Source: Streptosporangiaceae bacterium (GTDB lineage: Bacteria > Actinomycetota > Actinomycetes > Streptosporangiales > Streptosporangiaceae). Taken from it: a DNA stretch of 27,296 bases. The notes beneath the pieces are model-generated. The model was not told the origin of the DNA. It was given only the letters and a program-made list of their open reading frames with translations, and made no database searches. Position 1 is the first letter of the stretch. Every line of letters begins with the position of its first letter. Where the stretch lies: assembly GCA_036401415.1 (NCBI GenBank), contig DASWVA010000205.1:1-27296 (forward strand), in the 5' to 3' direction. Positions 14,764 to 26,466 of the stretch are shown piece by piece. A program made the translations under genes and the position numbers.

Positions 14764-15684
14764 CTAGCGGACTGGCGGGGGGACCCCTTCCGCGCTGGCG
14801 GCGAGGGCCGGGTCCCAGGCGCACACGTCGCACGCGTGCTGGAACGCCGACCGCGCGAAGGTCAGGGCGGCCGCGTGCGGATCGTCGGCCGTGCGTACGT
14901 CGTCCCAGCCGAGGACGAACTCGCCCAGGTCTTTGTCCCAGTGGGCGCCGGCGGGGGACAGGGCCGCCTGGGAAAACCCCTCGACCGCCGGGTGCGCGTA
15001 CGCGTAGAACGCCGCCTGGCCGTACTTCGGGTCGCCCGGCCACCAGCCCACGGCCACCTCCTGGGCGTCCATGGCGTTGCGCATGATGAAGTCCTGCGAC
15101 GGTGGCTGCGCGGGCCGCCCCGAGAACAGGCTCACGGCCAGGTCGAACGAACCCCACCAGGCATTGACCGGCGTGGAGCGGCCGCGGAACGGCGCCCGGT
15201 AGGCGGCCAGCACCAGTGCGGCCTGCGTCGCGGCCTCGAAGTAGCTCCCGACCTGGGCCTCGTCGTAGCGTGCGTGCTCGTCGTCAGCATCCAGGGGCAC
15301 CGTCCACGGCACTTCCTGCGGGGTGGGGTCGAAGTCCACCCATCCGCCCAGCCCGCGCACCGCGGCCAGCACGTCCCGGGTGACGTCGCCGACCGGCCGG
15401 TGCGGTGTGAGCGGGACCTGCTCGGCACGCCCGTCGCTGTGCTCCACGACCGCCTGGTGGGTGCGCAGGTCCAGCCGGATGGACAGCGACCCGGACCGGT
15501 CCGGAGCGGGCAGCGGCAGCGTTTCCCAGCCGCGGGTGGTCAGCCGCAGCGCCGCGTGCTGCAACTGCGGCTCGGGGGGCGCCAGCTTGGCCGCCAGCTT
15601 GCCCAGCACCTGGGTGTGCGCGTGCAGCGTGTCGCAGGTGGCGTGCCACCGCTGGTAGGAGAGCTCGGGCCATGACAAGGACAT
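14764..15684 (-). CDS. DUF5996-family protein, 306 aa
   Basis: WPELSYQRWHATCDTLHAHTQVLGK, STPVNAWWGSFDLAVSLFSGR, VAVGWWPG, AAFYAYAHP. TAACTT (15691-15696) lies 6 nt before the ATG (leaderless). Confidence 0.83.
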   Translation of the reverse strand: MSLSWPELSYQRWHATCDTLHAHTQVLGKLAAKLAPPEPQLQHAALRLTTRGWETLPLPAPDRSGSLSIRLDLRTHQAVVEHSDGRAEQVPLTPHRPVGDVTRDVLAAVRGLGGWVDFDPTPQEVPWTVPLDADDEHARYDEAQVGSYFEAATQAALVLAAYRAPFRGRSTPVNAWWGSFDLAVSLFSGRPAQPPSQDFIMRNAMDAQEVAVGWWPGDPKYGQAAFYAYAHPAVEGFSQAALSPAGAHWDKDLGEFVLGWDDVRTADDPHAAALTFARSAFQHACDVCAWDPALAASAEGVPPPVR

Positions 15685-15742
15685 GAGCGCAAGTTACCAG
15701 CCTTCCGGTTGGCCGAACTTACCGCCCGGATGGGACACAGAA

Positions 15743-15777
15743 CGTCCCGGCCGGCCCACGCAGGGCCGGCCGGGACG
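15743..15777 (-). terminator. Intrinsic terminator of furA-katG
   Basis: Perfect 15-bp stem CGTCCCGGCCGGCCC/GGGCCGGCCGGGACG with a 5-nt loop, followed on the minus strand by TTCTGTGT, 31 nt past the katG stop. Confidence 0.85.
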
Positions 15778-15808
15778 CCAGATCACGCTGCCGCGCCAGC
15801 TGGGCCGG

Positions 15809-18519
<2,711 letters not shown>

Positions 18520-18525
18520 ACCACC

Positions 18526-18574
18526 AACCTACCCGCATAAACACGAATAGTTCAAGAGAACGAATAATACAAGA
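18526..18574 (-). promoter_or_regulatory. Leaderless furA promoter with two tandem FurA-box-like repeats
   Basis: -35 TTGAAC (18555-18550), N18, -10 TAGGTT (18531-18526), 6 nt, GTG. Direct repeats TCTTGtatTATTCGT (18574-18560) and TCTTGaacTATTCGT (18557-18543), 17-bp period, the proximal one covering -35. Confidence 0.7.
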
Positions 18575-18619
18575 CAATCTCAAAATGAGCCGTCCGCAGT
18601 TCCCTGAAGGTGCAGAGCG

Positions 18620-19192
18620 TCAGAGCGAGCTCTCGGCCTGGCGTACGGCGGTGGTGACCGACCCACCGTCCGGTTCGACGTCGGCTCCGTTGACCCGCAC
18701 GGCCGGGGTGCCCTGAACCTCAGCGCCGACCGCCTGGGCCGTCACGAAGGCGGGCCAGTCCAGATAGCGCCCTTCGCTCGCGCATGAGCTGAACGTGGCC
18801 GGGTCCAGTCCGGCCGCCCGTGCGATGTTGCCGATCTCCCCGTCGCTGAGCCCCGGGCCACCCTCCGGGGGCTGGTGCACGAACAGGGAGTGCACGAACT
18901 GAGTGAAACGCCCGCCATCGGCGGCGCAGGCCGAAGCCGCCGACGCCCGCGTCGAGTACGAAGTCGTGGACGCCTCGTCCAGGAAGTTCATCGGGTGGTA
19001 GACCAGCGTGGCCTGGCGCCCTTCGGTCAGCGCTTTCAGTGCGTCGGCCGAGTCCAGCTCGAACCGCTTGCAGAACGGGCACAGGAAGTCGATGTAGATG
19101 TCCACCCGGACCGGCCCGTCTCCCACGGCGATCCCGTCACCCTCGGGGGTCGCGCCCGCAGGAAGCCGGTCCGGCATGCTCAGCTCGGTCAT
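18620..19192 (-). CDS. DsbA-family thioredoxin-fold protein (Thioredoxin_4-like), 190 aa
   Basis: DFLCPFC active site, cis-Pro loop QGTPAV, and a second Cys pair (SACAAD / FSSCASE). GGAGG RBS. No N-terminal hydrophobic segment. Confidence 0.88.
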   Translation of the reverse strand: MTELSMPDRLPAGATPEGDGIAVGDGPVRVDIYIDFLCPFCKRFELDSADALKALTEGRQATLVYHPMNFLDEASTTSYSTRASAASACAADGGRFTQFVHSLFVHQPPEGGPGLSDGEIGNIARAAGLDPATFSSCASEGRYLDWPAFVTAQAVGAEVQGTPAVRVNGADVEPDGGSVTTAVRQAESSL

Positions 19193-19323
19193 GACCCCTC
19201 CGTAACTCCGGTCGCGGCCTCGGCCCGCCACCTGGCCCCGCCAGCTTCCCACCCTGCCGCCCGGGCCGCCCCGTCACCCCCGTCTCTTCACCCCAGGCCC
19301 GGCGGGCCCGCTCCGCGATTTGT

Positions 19324-19339
19324 TCGAACACATTATTGA
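19324..19339. promoter_or_regulatory. SOS (LexA) box overlapping the lexA -35
   Basis: TCGAAC-ACAT-TATTGA versus the actinobacterial consensus TCGAAC-N4-GTTCGA: perfect left half, degenerate right half. Confidence 0.62.
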
Positions 19340-19365
19340 ACGACGCATCCTTGGGCTGATAGTGT
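19336..19365 (+). promoter_or_regulatory. lexA promoter
   Basis: TTGAAC (19336-19341), N18, extended -10 TG-a-TAGTGT (19357-19365). Confidence 0.55.
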
Positions 19366-19397
19366 TCGTTCAAGTGGACGAACGGCAAGGGGGAATG

Positions 19398-20012
19398 ATG
19401 CTGACCAGCCGCGAGGAACAGGTACTGCGGTTTGTTCGCGCCGGGGTGGCCCGTCACGGCTACCCACCGTCGATCCGCGAGATCGGTGACGCGGTGGGCC
19501 TGCGCAGCACGTCCAGCGTGGCGTATCACCTGAAGGCGCTGCAGAAGAAGGGCCACCTTCACCGTGACCCCGGGCGCCCCCGGACGGTGGAGTTGCTGCC
19601 GCCCGACCCGTTCGGCCCGGAGACGGCCCATGTGCCGTGGGTCGGGCACATCGCGGCCGGCGGCCCGATCCTGGCCAAGCAGGTGATCGAGGACACTTTC
19701 CCGTTGCCTAGGCAGCTGGTCGGCGAGGGCGAGCACCTGATCCTCCAGGTCCGCGGTGATTCCATGATCGATGCCGCGATCACGGACGGGGACTGGGTGG
19801 TGGTCCGCCGCCAGCCCGACGCGCTGAACGGCGACATCGTCGCGGCCTCGTTCGAGGGGCAGGGGTCTGAGGAGGCCGAGGCCACGGTCAAGACGTTCAA
19901 GCAGGTTGACGGTCACGTCTGGCTCATCCCGCACAACCCCCGCTACACCCCCATCCCCGGCGATGACGCCAAGATCATCGGAAAGGTGGTCTCGGTCCTG
20001 CGCCGCATCTGA
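19398..20012 (+). CDS. lexA: LexA repressor, 204 aa
   Basis: w[28 protein letters not shown], Ala-Gly cleavage site IAAGGP, catalytic Ser VRGDSM and catalytic Lys ATVKTF. AAGGGGG RBS; start is ATG 19398 or 19395. Confidence 0.95.
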   Translation: MLTSREEQVLRFVRAGVARHGYPPSIREIGDAVGLRSTSSVAYHLKALQKKGHLHRDPGRPRTVELLPPDPFGPETAHVPWVGHIAAGGPILAKQVIEDTFPLPRQLVGEGEHLILQVRGDSMIDAAITDGDWVVVRRQPDALNGDIVAASFEGQGSEEAEATVKTFKQVDGHVWLIPHNPRYTPIPGDDAKIIGKVVSVLRRI

Positions 20013-20043
20013 GGCGTCGGGCCGGGCGGGCGCAAACGGCGCA

Positions 20044-20562
20044 TCAGGGGTGGGCGATGACCGACCAGACAACTTTCTGGATGTTCTTGCGCTGGCCGTC
20101 GTCTTCGTCGGCGGGGAAGTAGTAACCCCACTGCTCGCTGATCGTCTCCACCAGGAGCAGCCCCCGGCCGCCTTCGACGTCGTGCTCGGTCCCGGCCGGC
20201 ACCGGCGTGCGCGGACTGCTGTCACCGACCTCGATCATGACCTGGTGGCCGTCGGACGTGAGCCACATCCATACGCACGGCAGGCCCGTATTCTCATCCT
20301 CATAGCCGGGCAGCTGGCTGCTCAGCCCGGCCGAAGCCTGCACCGCGTTGGTGACCAGCTCTGAGACGATCAGCTCGACGGACTCGTCGAGGCCGGACAG
20401 CTGCCACTCCCAGAGCACGTGCCGTGCGTGCAGGCGTGCGCACGGTACGGCGCCGCGCAAGGCGCCGAGCTCCAGGTGTGTCCGCCGCCCCCACGTGCCC
20501 GTCATCGGCCGCTGCTGCGGACGGCGATGAAACAGGGGACTGGCGGCAGCCATCTCGCTCAT
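20044..20562 (-). CDS. RsbW-like HATPase_c ATP-binding protein (anti-sigma/AbaA-type)
   Basis: LELGALRGAVPCARLHARHVLWEW, N-box SELVTNA, EVGD, GGRGLLLVE, WG. Start uncertain (20565, 20562 or 20553). Confidence 0.85.
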   Translation of the reverse strand: MSEMAAASPLFHRRPQQRPMTGTWGRRTHLELGALRGAVPCARLHARHVLWEWQLSGLDESVELIVSELVTNAVQASAGLSSQLPGYEDENTGLPCVWMWLTSDGHQVMIEVGDSSPRTPVPAGTEHDVEGGRGLLLVETISEQWGYYFPADEDDGQRKNIQKVVWSVIAHP

Positions 20563-20600
20563 CACCTTGAAGTTTGCCCCATGCGGTCCGGCTGAAGCGC

Positions 20601-20684
20601 TCGATCATGCATTTTCGTAGATGCGAAAGGGCGGAGTGCTCTTATGCAGTTTGCGAAATGCAGTTGCAAGGGGTCGATCCATGC
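20601..20684. promoter_or_regulatory. AT-enriched repeat-rich control region upstream of the HATPase gene
   Basis: TGCA four times (20608, 20645, 20659, 20665); ATGCAGTT twice (20644, 20658); TGCGAAA twice (20622, 20652); imperfect inverted repeat TGCATTTTCG/CGAAATGCA; TCGATC(C)ATGC at both ends. Confidence 0.4.
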
Positions 20685-20735
20685 TTAATCCCCGCGAACC
20701 GGACCCGGCGACCTCAATGGCCCGCGGGTGGCCGG
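20681..20735 (+). pseudogene. Possible N-terminal stub of an XRE/WhiJ-like regulator
   Basis: AAGGGG RBS 7 nt before ATG 20681. MLNPREPDPATSMA resembles the 'kELDP..S' start of actinobacterial XRE regulators; the frame then runs into the antisense of the peptidase 3' end. Pattern recall only. Confidence 0.3.
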
Positions 20736-22595
20736 CTAATCCTCGAACCGCCCGCCGAGGTAGCGGGCCAGGAAACGTTCGGCGGCGGCGTAGAACCTCA
20801 GCCGGTTCTCCGGCTTGGCGAAGCCGTGGCCCTCGTCCGGGAACAGCATGTACTCGTGGTCGATTCCCGCCTCCTCCAGTGCCGCGACGATCTGCTCTGA
20901 CTCCGCCTGCTTGACCCGCGGGTCATTGGCGCCCTGGGCGATCAGCAGCGGAATGCGGATGTCCCGCGCCCGGGACAGCGGCGACCGGGACCACAGAAAG
21001 TCCGCCTCGGTTTCCGGGTTGCCCACCCGCTTGTACAGCTGGGCGATCATCGGTGCCCAGTACGGCGGGACGGTCTCCAGCAGCGTCTTCAGGTTCGACG
21101 GCCCGACGATGTCGACCGCGCAGCGGAACACGTCCGGGGTGAACGCCGCCCCGACCAGCGCCGCGTAGCCGCCGTACGAACCGCCGTAGATCGCGACCTT
21201 GTCCCGGTCGGCCCAGCCCTGGCCGGCGATGTGATCCACCGCGTCGATCAGGTCGTCGTGCATCCGGGCGCCCCACTCGCGGTCACCGGCGTTGACGAAG
21301 TCCTTGCCGTAGCCGGTCGAGCCGCGGTAGTTGACCTGGACGCACAGGTAGCCGCGGTTGGCCATCCACTGTGCTTCGGGGTTCCAGCCCCACCCGTCCC
21401 GGACCTGCGGGCCGCCGTGCACGTTGATGATGGCGGGCAGGTCCCGCCGGTCGGCGCCGGGCGGGAAGGTGGCGTACCCGTGGATGGTCAGCCCGTCCCG
21501 CGAGGTGAAGCTGAACGGCTCCATGGCCGCCAGTTCGTAGCGGTTCAGCTCCGGGCGGGCGTCGAACAGGAACCGCCCGGCGTGCGCGGCCGGGTCGTAG
21601 ACGTAGTAAGCCACCGACCCGGCGTCGTTGGTGAACGCGACCAGCCACGGTGAGTTCGCATGCTCCCCGCCGCTGATCGACGGGTCACCGGGGTGCAGGG
21701 CCCGCACCGCCTTGAGGTCCTCGCCGATCGCGGGGTCCAGCACGATGAACTCTTTCCGGTCCTTCTCCACGGTGACGATCTGCGGCTCGAGAGTGTCCGG
21801 GTGCAGCATTACCCCGTTCACGTCGGCAGCCGGGTCCTCGGCCAGCACCTCGATGGCCCCGGTGGCTACGTCGACCCGGAGCAGCCGGTCGGTGTTGGCG
21901 CCGACCGGTGTGACCACCAGCAGGCTCCGGCCGTCCTCGCTGAACGACACCACGTTGCTGGTGGTCGCGTCGTCGGCCGGGAACGACATGAGCTGGCGCC
22001 AGTCCGCGCCGGGGCGGTCGCGGACCAGCAGGTTCATGCTGCCGTCCGGCTCCGGCGCGTACGCGCCCCGGATGACCAGGTCCTCGTCGGCCTCCCAGCC
22101 TGCGAAGCCGGGGTTCTTCTCGACCAGGGTCAGGTCGCCGCTGAGCAGATCGAGCCGGTAAACGTCGTGCAGCTGCGGGTTGTCCCGGTTGAGACCGATC
22201 AGGAGCTCGGTCGGGAACTTCTTGTTCCCGGCGATCAGCTGGACCTGCACGTCTTTGAACGGCGTCAGGTCCCGGTGCCGCATGGTTTCCAGGTTGACGT
22301 CGTGCAGCCGCCAGTTCTCGTCCCCGCCGGTGTCCTGGATGTAGAGCAGGTGCCGGGCGTCGTGGGCCCAGGTGAACATGCGGATGCCCCGGTCCCGGTC
22401 GTCGGTCACAACCCGCGCCGCCGCCCAGTCCACCGTGTCGTTCTGGCCCGGGTCCACGCGCAGCGGGGCGACCCAGACGTTCAGTACGCCGTGCTCGGGG
22501 GCGATCCAGGCCAGCCGGGTCCCGTCCGGGGACAGCCGGGGGGACGTGCGCTCCGGGTTGCCGAACAGGACGGTACGGGGGATGAGGTCGGTCAT
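20736..22595 (-). CDS. S9 prolyl-oligopeptidase-family peptidase (dipeptidyl aminopeptidase/acylaminoacyl peptidase type), 619 aa
   Basis: N-terminal beta-propeller repeats ([15 protein letters not shown]), [14 protein letters not shown], nucleophile GGSYGG, Asp in QGANDPRV, His in DEGHGF. No signal peptide seen. Confidence 0.95.
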   Translation of the reverse strand: MTDLIPRTVLFGNPERTSPRLSPDGTRLAWIAPEHGVLNVWVAPLRVDPGQNDTVDWAAARVVTDDRDRGIRMFTWAHDARHLLYIQDTGGDENWRLHDVNLETMRHRDLTPFKDVQVQLIAGNKKFPTELLIGLNRDNPQLHDVYRLDLLSGDLTLVEKNPGFAGWEADEDLVIRGAYAPEPDGSMNLLVRDRPGADWRQLMSFPADDATTSNVVSFSEDGRSLLVVTPVGANTDRLLRVDVATGAIEVLAEDPAADVNGVMLHPDTLEPQIVTVEKDRKEFIVLDPAIGEDLKAVRALHPGDPSISGGEHANSPWLVAFTNDAGSVAYYVYDPAAHAGRFLFDARPELNRYELAAMEPFSFTSRDGLTIHGYATFPPGADRRDLPAIINVHGGPQVRDGWGWNPEAQWMANRGYLCVQVNYRGSTGYGKDFVNAGDREWGARMHDDLIDAVDHIAGQGWADRDKVAIYGGSYGGYAALVGAAFTPDVFRCAVDIVGPSNLKTLLETVPPYWAPMIAQLYKRVGNPETEADFLWSRSPLSRARDIRIPLLIAQGANDPRVKQAESEQIVAALEEAGIDHEYMLFPDEGHGFAKPENRLRFYAAAERFLARYLGGRFED

Positions 22596-22641
22596 GGTCT
22601 CTGCCTACCACACGGGGCAGCGCCTGAGGTTCAGCCGCCGC

Positions 22642-23118
22642 TCAGCGCGGGGCGGCCGCACCGGAGGAGCCGAGCTTCCTGCGCATCACCACCCGGGCCT
22701 GGCCGGCCCCGCCGTAGTCCTCGACCGGGGTAAGCGTGAAGCCGAGCGCCTGGTGAAAAGTCAGCGACTCCGCGTTCCCCGGGCTGGTGATGGCCTTGAG
22801 GGCTCGCGCGCCCCGGCCCACGGCCGCCTCGGCGAACGTGGCGTACAGCCGCCGGGCCATGCCCTGGCCGCGGGCGTCGTCGCGGACGGCGACAAGGTGG
22901 ATGTAGGCGTCACCGGTGGGGGCGATGAAGCCCAGCAGGTAGGCGAGGATCTGGCCATCGGGACGGCGGGCGACGAAGGCCGTGTCGCCGAACTCGGTGA
23001 TGAACATGGGATGGTGCAGGAACCGCGGCTGCTCCCGGGCACCCCAGAATCGCGGGTAGTCCGCCAGGATCGCGGCCAGATCGGTGCCGCGGGCCCGGCT
23101 GATCGCGACCTCGGTCAT
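22642..23118 (-). CDS. GNAT-family N-acetyltransferase, 158 aa
   Basis: AYIHLVAVRDDARGQGMARRLY (motif A) and ITSPGNAESLTFHQALGF (motif B). CAGGGT lies 7 nt before ATG 23118. Confidence 0.85.
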   Translation of the reverse strand: MTEVAISRARGTDLAAILADYPRFWGAREQPRFLHHPMFITEFGDTAFVARRPDGQILAYLLGFIAPTGDAYIHLVAVRDDARGQGMARRLYATFAEAAVGRGARALKAITSPGNAESLTFHQALGFTLTPVEDYGGAGQARVVMRRKLGSSGAAAPR

Positions 23119-23221
23119 GGCGTCCACCCTGACCGCTGCGCGCGGGCCCGGCAAGGTCTTTCACCGGCCACCGGCCCGGGGGTTCTCGTGGACGGCGGGT
23201 CATCCGTAATACGGTCAACCC

Positions 23222-26200
23222 GTGGGCACAGTGGGCACCTCGTTGAGCGGGACGCGGCGGACGACGCTGGCCGCCCGGCTGGTCCGGATGGGTTTCGCCG
23301 ACGCGACCCGGGCCGAGCAGCTGGTCACGTCCGAGCTCGGGCTGGACCTGGACCCGGGCGCACTGACCGCGGGCCCGGGCTCTCCGGCTCAGGGGACCCA
23401 GCGCGGGCCGGGCCGGGACGAGACCGTGCTGGCTGCCCTTGCGGCCGCCGCCGACCCCGACCTGGCCGTGAGCGGGCTGGCCCGGGTGGCCGGCACCGAC
23501 CGGGGCGACGACGCGGCCGACCTGCGCGCCACGCTGCGCTCCGAGCCGGGGTTCCGGCGGCGGCTGGTCGCCGTGCTCGGGTCCAGCGTGGGTTTGGCCG
23601 ACCACCTGGTCCGGCATCCGGAGGACGCGCTGCTGCTGCGCGGCGCCGACGGCGTCCGGCGGCCGACCCCGGACGAGCTGCGTGCCTCGCTGGTGTACGC
23701 GGTGGCCGGCAACCCGCTGGATGAGTACCCGGTCTCCGACCTGACCGCGCTGAACGGCACCGATCCGTCGGCCGCGCTGACCGCCGCCTACAAACGGCAC
23801 GTACTGCACCTGGCCGCCCGCGACCTGACCGGTGTGGTCACCGTGGACGAGGCGGCCGCCGAGCTCGCCGACATCGCGTCGGCCGCACTGTGCGCCGCCC
23901 TGTCGGTGGCCCGCGCCCAGCTGCCCGCGGGCACGCCCCCGGCTCAGCTGGCCGTGATCGCCATGGGCAAGACCGGCGGCGGCGAGCTCAACTACGCCAG
24001 CGACGTCGATGTGATCTTCGTGGGCGGCCCGCCGGCCCTCCCCGGCCGCCCCGGCGGCGACAGCACCCCGGAGGAGACCGAGGCCGCCCTGCGCACCGCC
24101 ACCCGGCTGGCCAGCAGCATGATCAAGATCTGCTCCCGGACCACGGCTGAGGGCATGATGTTCCCGGTCGACCCGAACCTGCGGCCCGAAGGCCGCAACG
24201 GCCCGCTGGTGCGCACGCTGGCCAGCCACCTGGCCTACTACGACCGCTGGGCCAAGACGTGGGAGTTCCAGGCGCTGCTCAAAGCCCAGCCCGCCGCCGG
24301 CGACGTGGAGCTGGGCCAGCAGTACCTGGACGCGGTCACCCCGCTGATCTGGCAGGCCGCCCAGCGGGAGAACTTCGTCGAGGACGTCCAGGCCATGCGC
24401 CGCCGGGTGGAGAAGACCCTGCCGCCGGACCGGGCCGGCCGCGAGATCAAGCTCGGCCCGGGCGGCCTGCGCGACATTGAGTTCGCGGTCCAGCTGCTGC
24501 AGCTGGTGCACGGCCGCACCGACGAGGCGTTGCGCAGCCCATCCACCCTGCCCGCCCTGGCCGCCCTGGCCGCGGGCGGGTACGTCGGGCTGGCCGACGC
24601 CCAGGACCTGGCCGACGCCTACCGGTTCCTGCGCCAGGTCGAGCACCTGCTTCAGCTCTACCAGCTCAACCGGACCCACATCCTGCCCGAGGATCCCGCT
24701 GTACTGCGCCGCCTGGGCCGGGCCACGCGGGCCATCGCGGCCATCACCGGCCCGCCCCGCGAGCCCGCCGCGGCCGGCACCGACCCGGCGGACGAGTTCA
24801 CCGAGCAGTGGCGGCGGCATGCACGCCAGGTACGGCGGCTGCACGAGAAGCTGTTCTACCGCCCGCTGCTCAGTGCGGTCGCCCGGCTCCCGGGCGAGGT
24901 GGCCCGGCTGACCCCGTCCGCCGCCCGGGCCCGGCTGGAGGCGCTCGGTTACGCCGACCCGGCCGGTGCGCTGCGGCACATCGACGCGCTGACCGCCGGG
25001 GTGTCGCGCCGGGCCGCCATCCAGCGCACCCTGCTGCCGGTGCTGCTCAGCTGGTTCGCCGACGCCGCCGAACCGGACGCCGGGCTGCTGGCCTTCCGCC
25101 AGGTCAGCGACGAGCTGGGCGACTCGCCCTGGTACCTGAGGCTGCTACGGGACGAGACCAAGGCGGCCGAGCGGATGGCCCGGGTCCTGGCCTCCAGCCG
25201 GTACGCGGCCGGCCTGCTGCTGCGGGCCCCGGAAGCGGTCGCGATCCTCGGCGACGACGCCGAGCTGACCCCCCGGTCGCTGGACGCCCTGCGGGCCGAG
25301 GCCGTAGCGGCCGTGCGCCGGCACGACGACGCGCGCAGCGCGGTGGGCGCGGTCCGCTCGCTGCTGCGCCGGGAGCTGCTCCGGATCGCCGCCGCCGACC
25401 TGCTCGGCCTGATCCGGCCCGCCGGGACCGCGGACGCGCTGACCGCGGTGGCCGCGGCTAGCGTCGGCGCGTCCCTGGATGCCGCGGTCCAGAAGTTCGA
25501 AGCCGAGTCCGGCCAGCCGCTGCCGACCCGCATCGCGGTGATCGGCATGGGCCGGTTCGGCGGTCACGAGATGGGCTACGGCAGCGACGCCGACGCGCTG
25601 TTCGTCCACGATCCGCGGCCCGGGGCCGACGAGGCCGCCGCCGCGCGGGCCGCGCACACCGTGGTCCAGGAGCTGCGCCGTCTGCTCACCCTGCCCGGCC
25701 CGGACCCGGCCCTGGTCGTCGACGCCAATCTGCGCCCGGAGGGGCGTCAGGGGCCGCTGGTGCGCACGCTGGCCTCCTACCTGGCCTACTACCGCCGCTG
25801 GTCGCTGCCGTGGGAGGCCCAGGCCCTGCTGCGGGCCGAGCCCGTCGCCGGTGACGAAAGCCTCGGGACCGAGTTCACCGCCCTGGCTGGTGAGTTCCGC
25901 TACCCGGACGGCGGCATCGCCGAAAGCGGCGTCCGGGAGGTGCGGCGGCTGAAGGCCCGGATCGAGAGCGAGCGCATACCGCGCGGGGTGGACCGGGCGC
26001 TGCACGTCAAACTGGGCCCCGGCGGCCTGTCCGACGTCGAGTGGACCGTCCAGCTGCTCCAGCTCCGGCACGCGTTCGCCCTCCCTGGCCTGCGCACCAC
26101 CCGCACCCTGCCCGCGCTGGCCGCCGCCCGCGAAGCCGGCCTGATCCCGGCTGGCGACGCCGCCACCCTGGCCGAGTCCTGGCTGCTGGCGGCCCGCATC

Positions 26201-26383
26201 CGGAACGCGGTGATGCTGGTCCGGGGCACTGCCGGCGACACCATCCCTACCACGTACCTAGAGCTCGGCGCCGTGGCCCGCATCCTCGGTTACGGCCCGG
26301 GCGACGGCCAGGCCCTGGTCGAGGACTACCGCCGGGCCGCCCGCCGCGCCCGCGCCGTCATGGACCGCCTCTTCTACGGCTGA
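23222..26383 (+). CDS. glnE: Bifunctional glutamine-synthetase adenylyltransferase / adenylyl-removing enzyme, 1053 aa
   Basis: Two nucleotidyltransferase motifs, AMGKTGGGELNYASDVDVIF and GMGRFGGHEMGYGSDADALF; D.NLRPEGR twice; KLGPGGLRDIEF and KLGPGGLSDVEW. TACGGT (23210-23215) lies 6 nt before GTG (leaderless). Confidence 0.97.
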   Translation: MGTVGTSLSGTRRTTLAARLVRMGFADATRAEQLVTSELGLDLDPGALTAGPGSPAQGTQRGPGRDETVLAALAAAADPDLAVSGLARVAGTDRGDDAADLRATLRSEPGFRRRLVAVLGSSVGLADHLVRHPEDALLLRGADGVRRPTPDELRASLVYAVAGNPLDEYPVSDLTALNGTDPSAALTAAYKRHVLHLAARDLTGVVTVDEAAAELADIASAALCAALSVARAQLPAGTPPAQLAVIAMGKTGGGELNYASDVDVIFVGGPPALPGRPGGDSTPEETEAALRTATRLASSMIKICSRTTAEGMMFPVDPNLRPEGRNGPLVRTLASHLAYYDRWAKTWEFQALLKAQPAAGDVELGQQYLDAVTPLIWQAAQRENFVEDVQAMRRRVEKTLPPDRAGREIKLGPGGLRDIEFAVQLLQLVHGRTDEALRSPSTLPALAALAAGGYVGLADAQDLADAYRFLRQVEHLLQLYQLNRTHILPEDPAVLRRLGRATRAIAAITGPPREPAAAGTDPADEFTEQWRRHARQVRRLHEKLFYRPLLSAVARLPGEVARLTPSAARARLEALGYADPAGALRHIDALTAGVSRRAAIQRTLLPVLLSWFADAAEPDAGLLAFRQVSDELGDSPWYLRLLRDETKAAERMARVLASSRYAAGLLLRAPEAVAILGDDAELTPRSLDALRAEAVAAVRRHDDARSAVGAVRSLLRRELLRIAAADLLGLIRPAGTADALTAVAAASVGASLDAAVQKFEAESGQPLPTRIAVIGMGRFGGHEMGYGSDADALFVHDPRPGADEAAAARAAHTVVQELRRLLTLPGPDPALVVDANLRPEGRQGPLVRTLASYLAYYRRWSLPWEAQALLRAEPVAGDESLGTEFTALAGEFRYPDGGIAESGVREVRRLKARIESERIPRGVDRALHVKLGPGGLSDVEWTVQLLQLRHAFALPGLRTTRTLPALAAAREAGLIPAGDAATLAESWLLAARIRNAVMLVRGTAGDTIPTTYLELGAVARILGYGPGDGQALVEDYRRAARRARAVMDRLFYG

Positions 26384-26466
26384 CCCCGCCGGCGTCAGCG
26401 CCCGCCGTCTTGAACGAAACGACGCCCGCCGCGGCGAGCCACCCGATCACCGGGCATCCTGGGGGC

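Noticed and set aside
19320-19397. N-terminal extension of LexA from TTG/alternative start at 19320
   Set aside because: This segment holds the SOS box, promoter and RBS, so it is regulatory DNA rather than coding.
22910-24979. 689-aa minus-strand ORF, and similar long ORFs at 2548-4188, 16688-18136, 22372-23724 and 25145-26071
   Set aside because: They overlap well-supported genes on the other strand or frame and contain no recognisable domains.
26041-26466. N-terminal extension of the AraC ORF overlapping glnE (403-aa ORF)
   Set aside because: The extension is an out-of-frame shadow of the glnE 3' end; the domain starts at ATG 26467, which has a -10 element 6 nt upstream.
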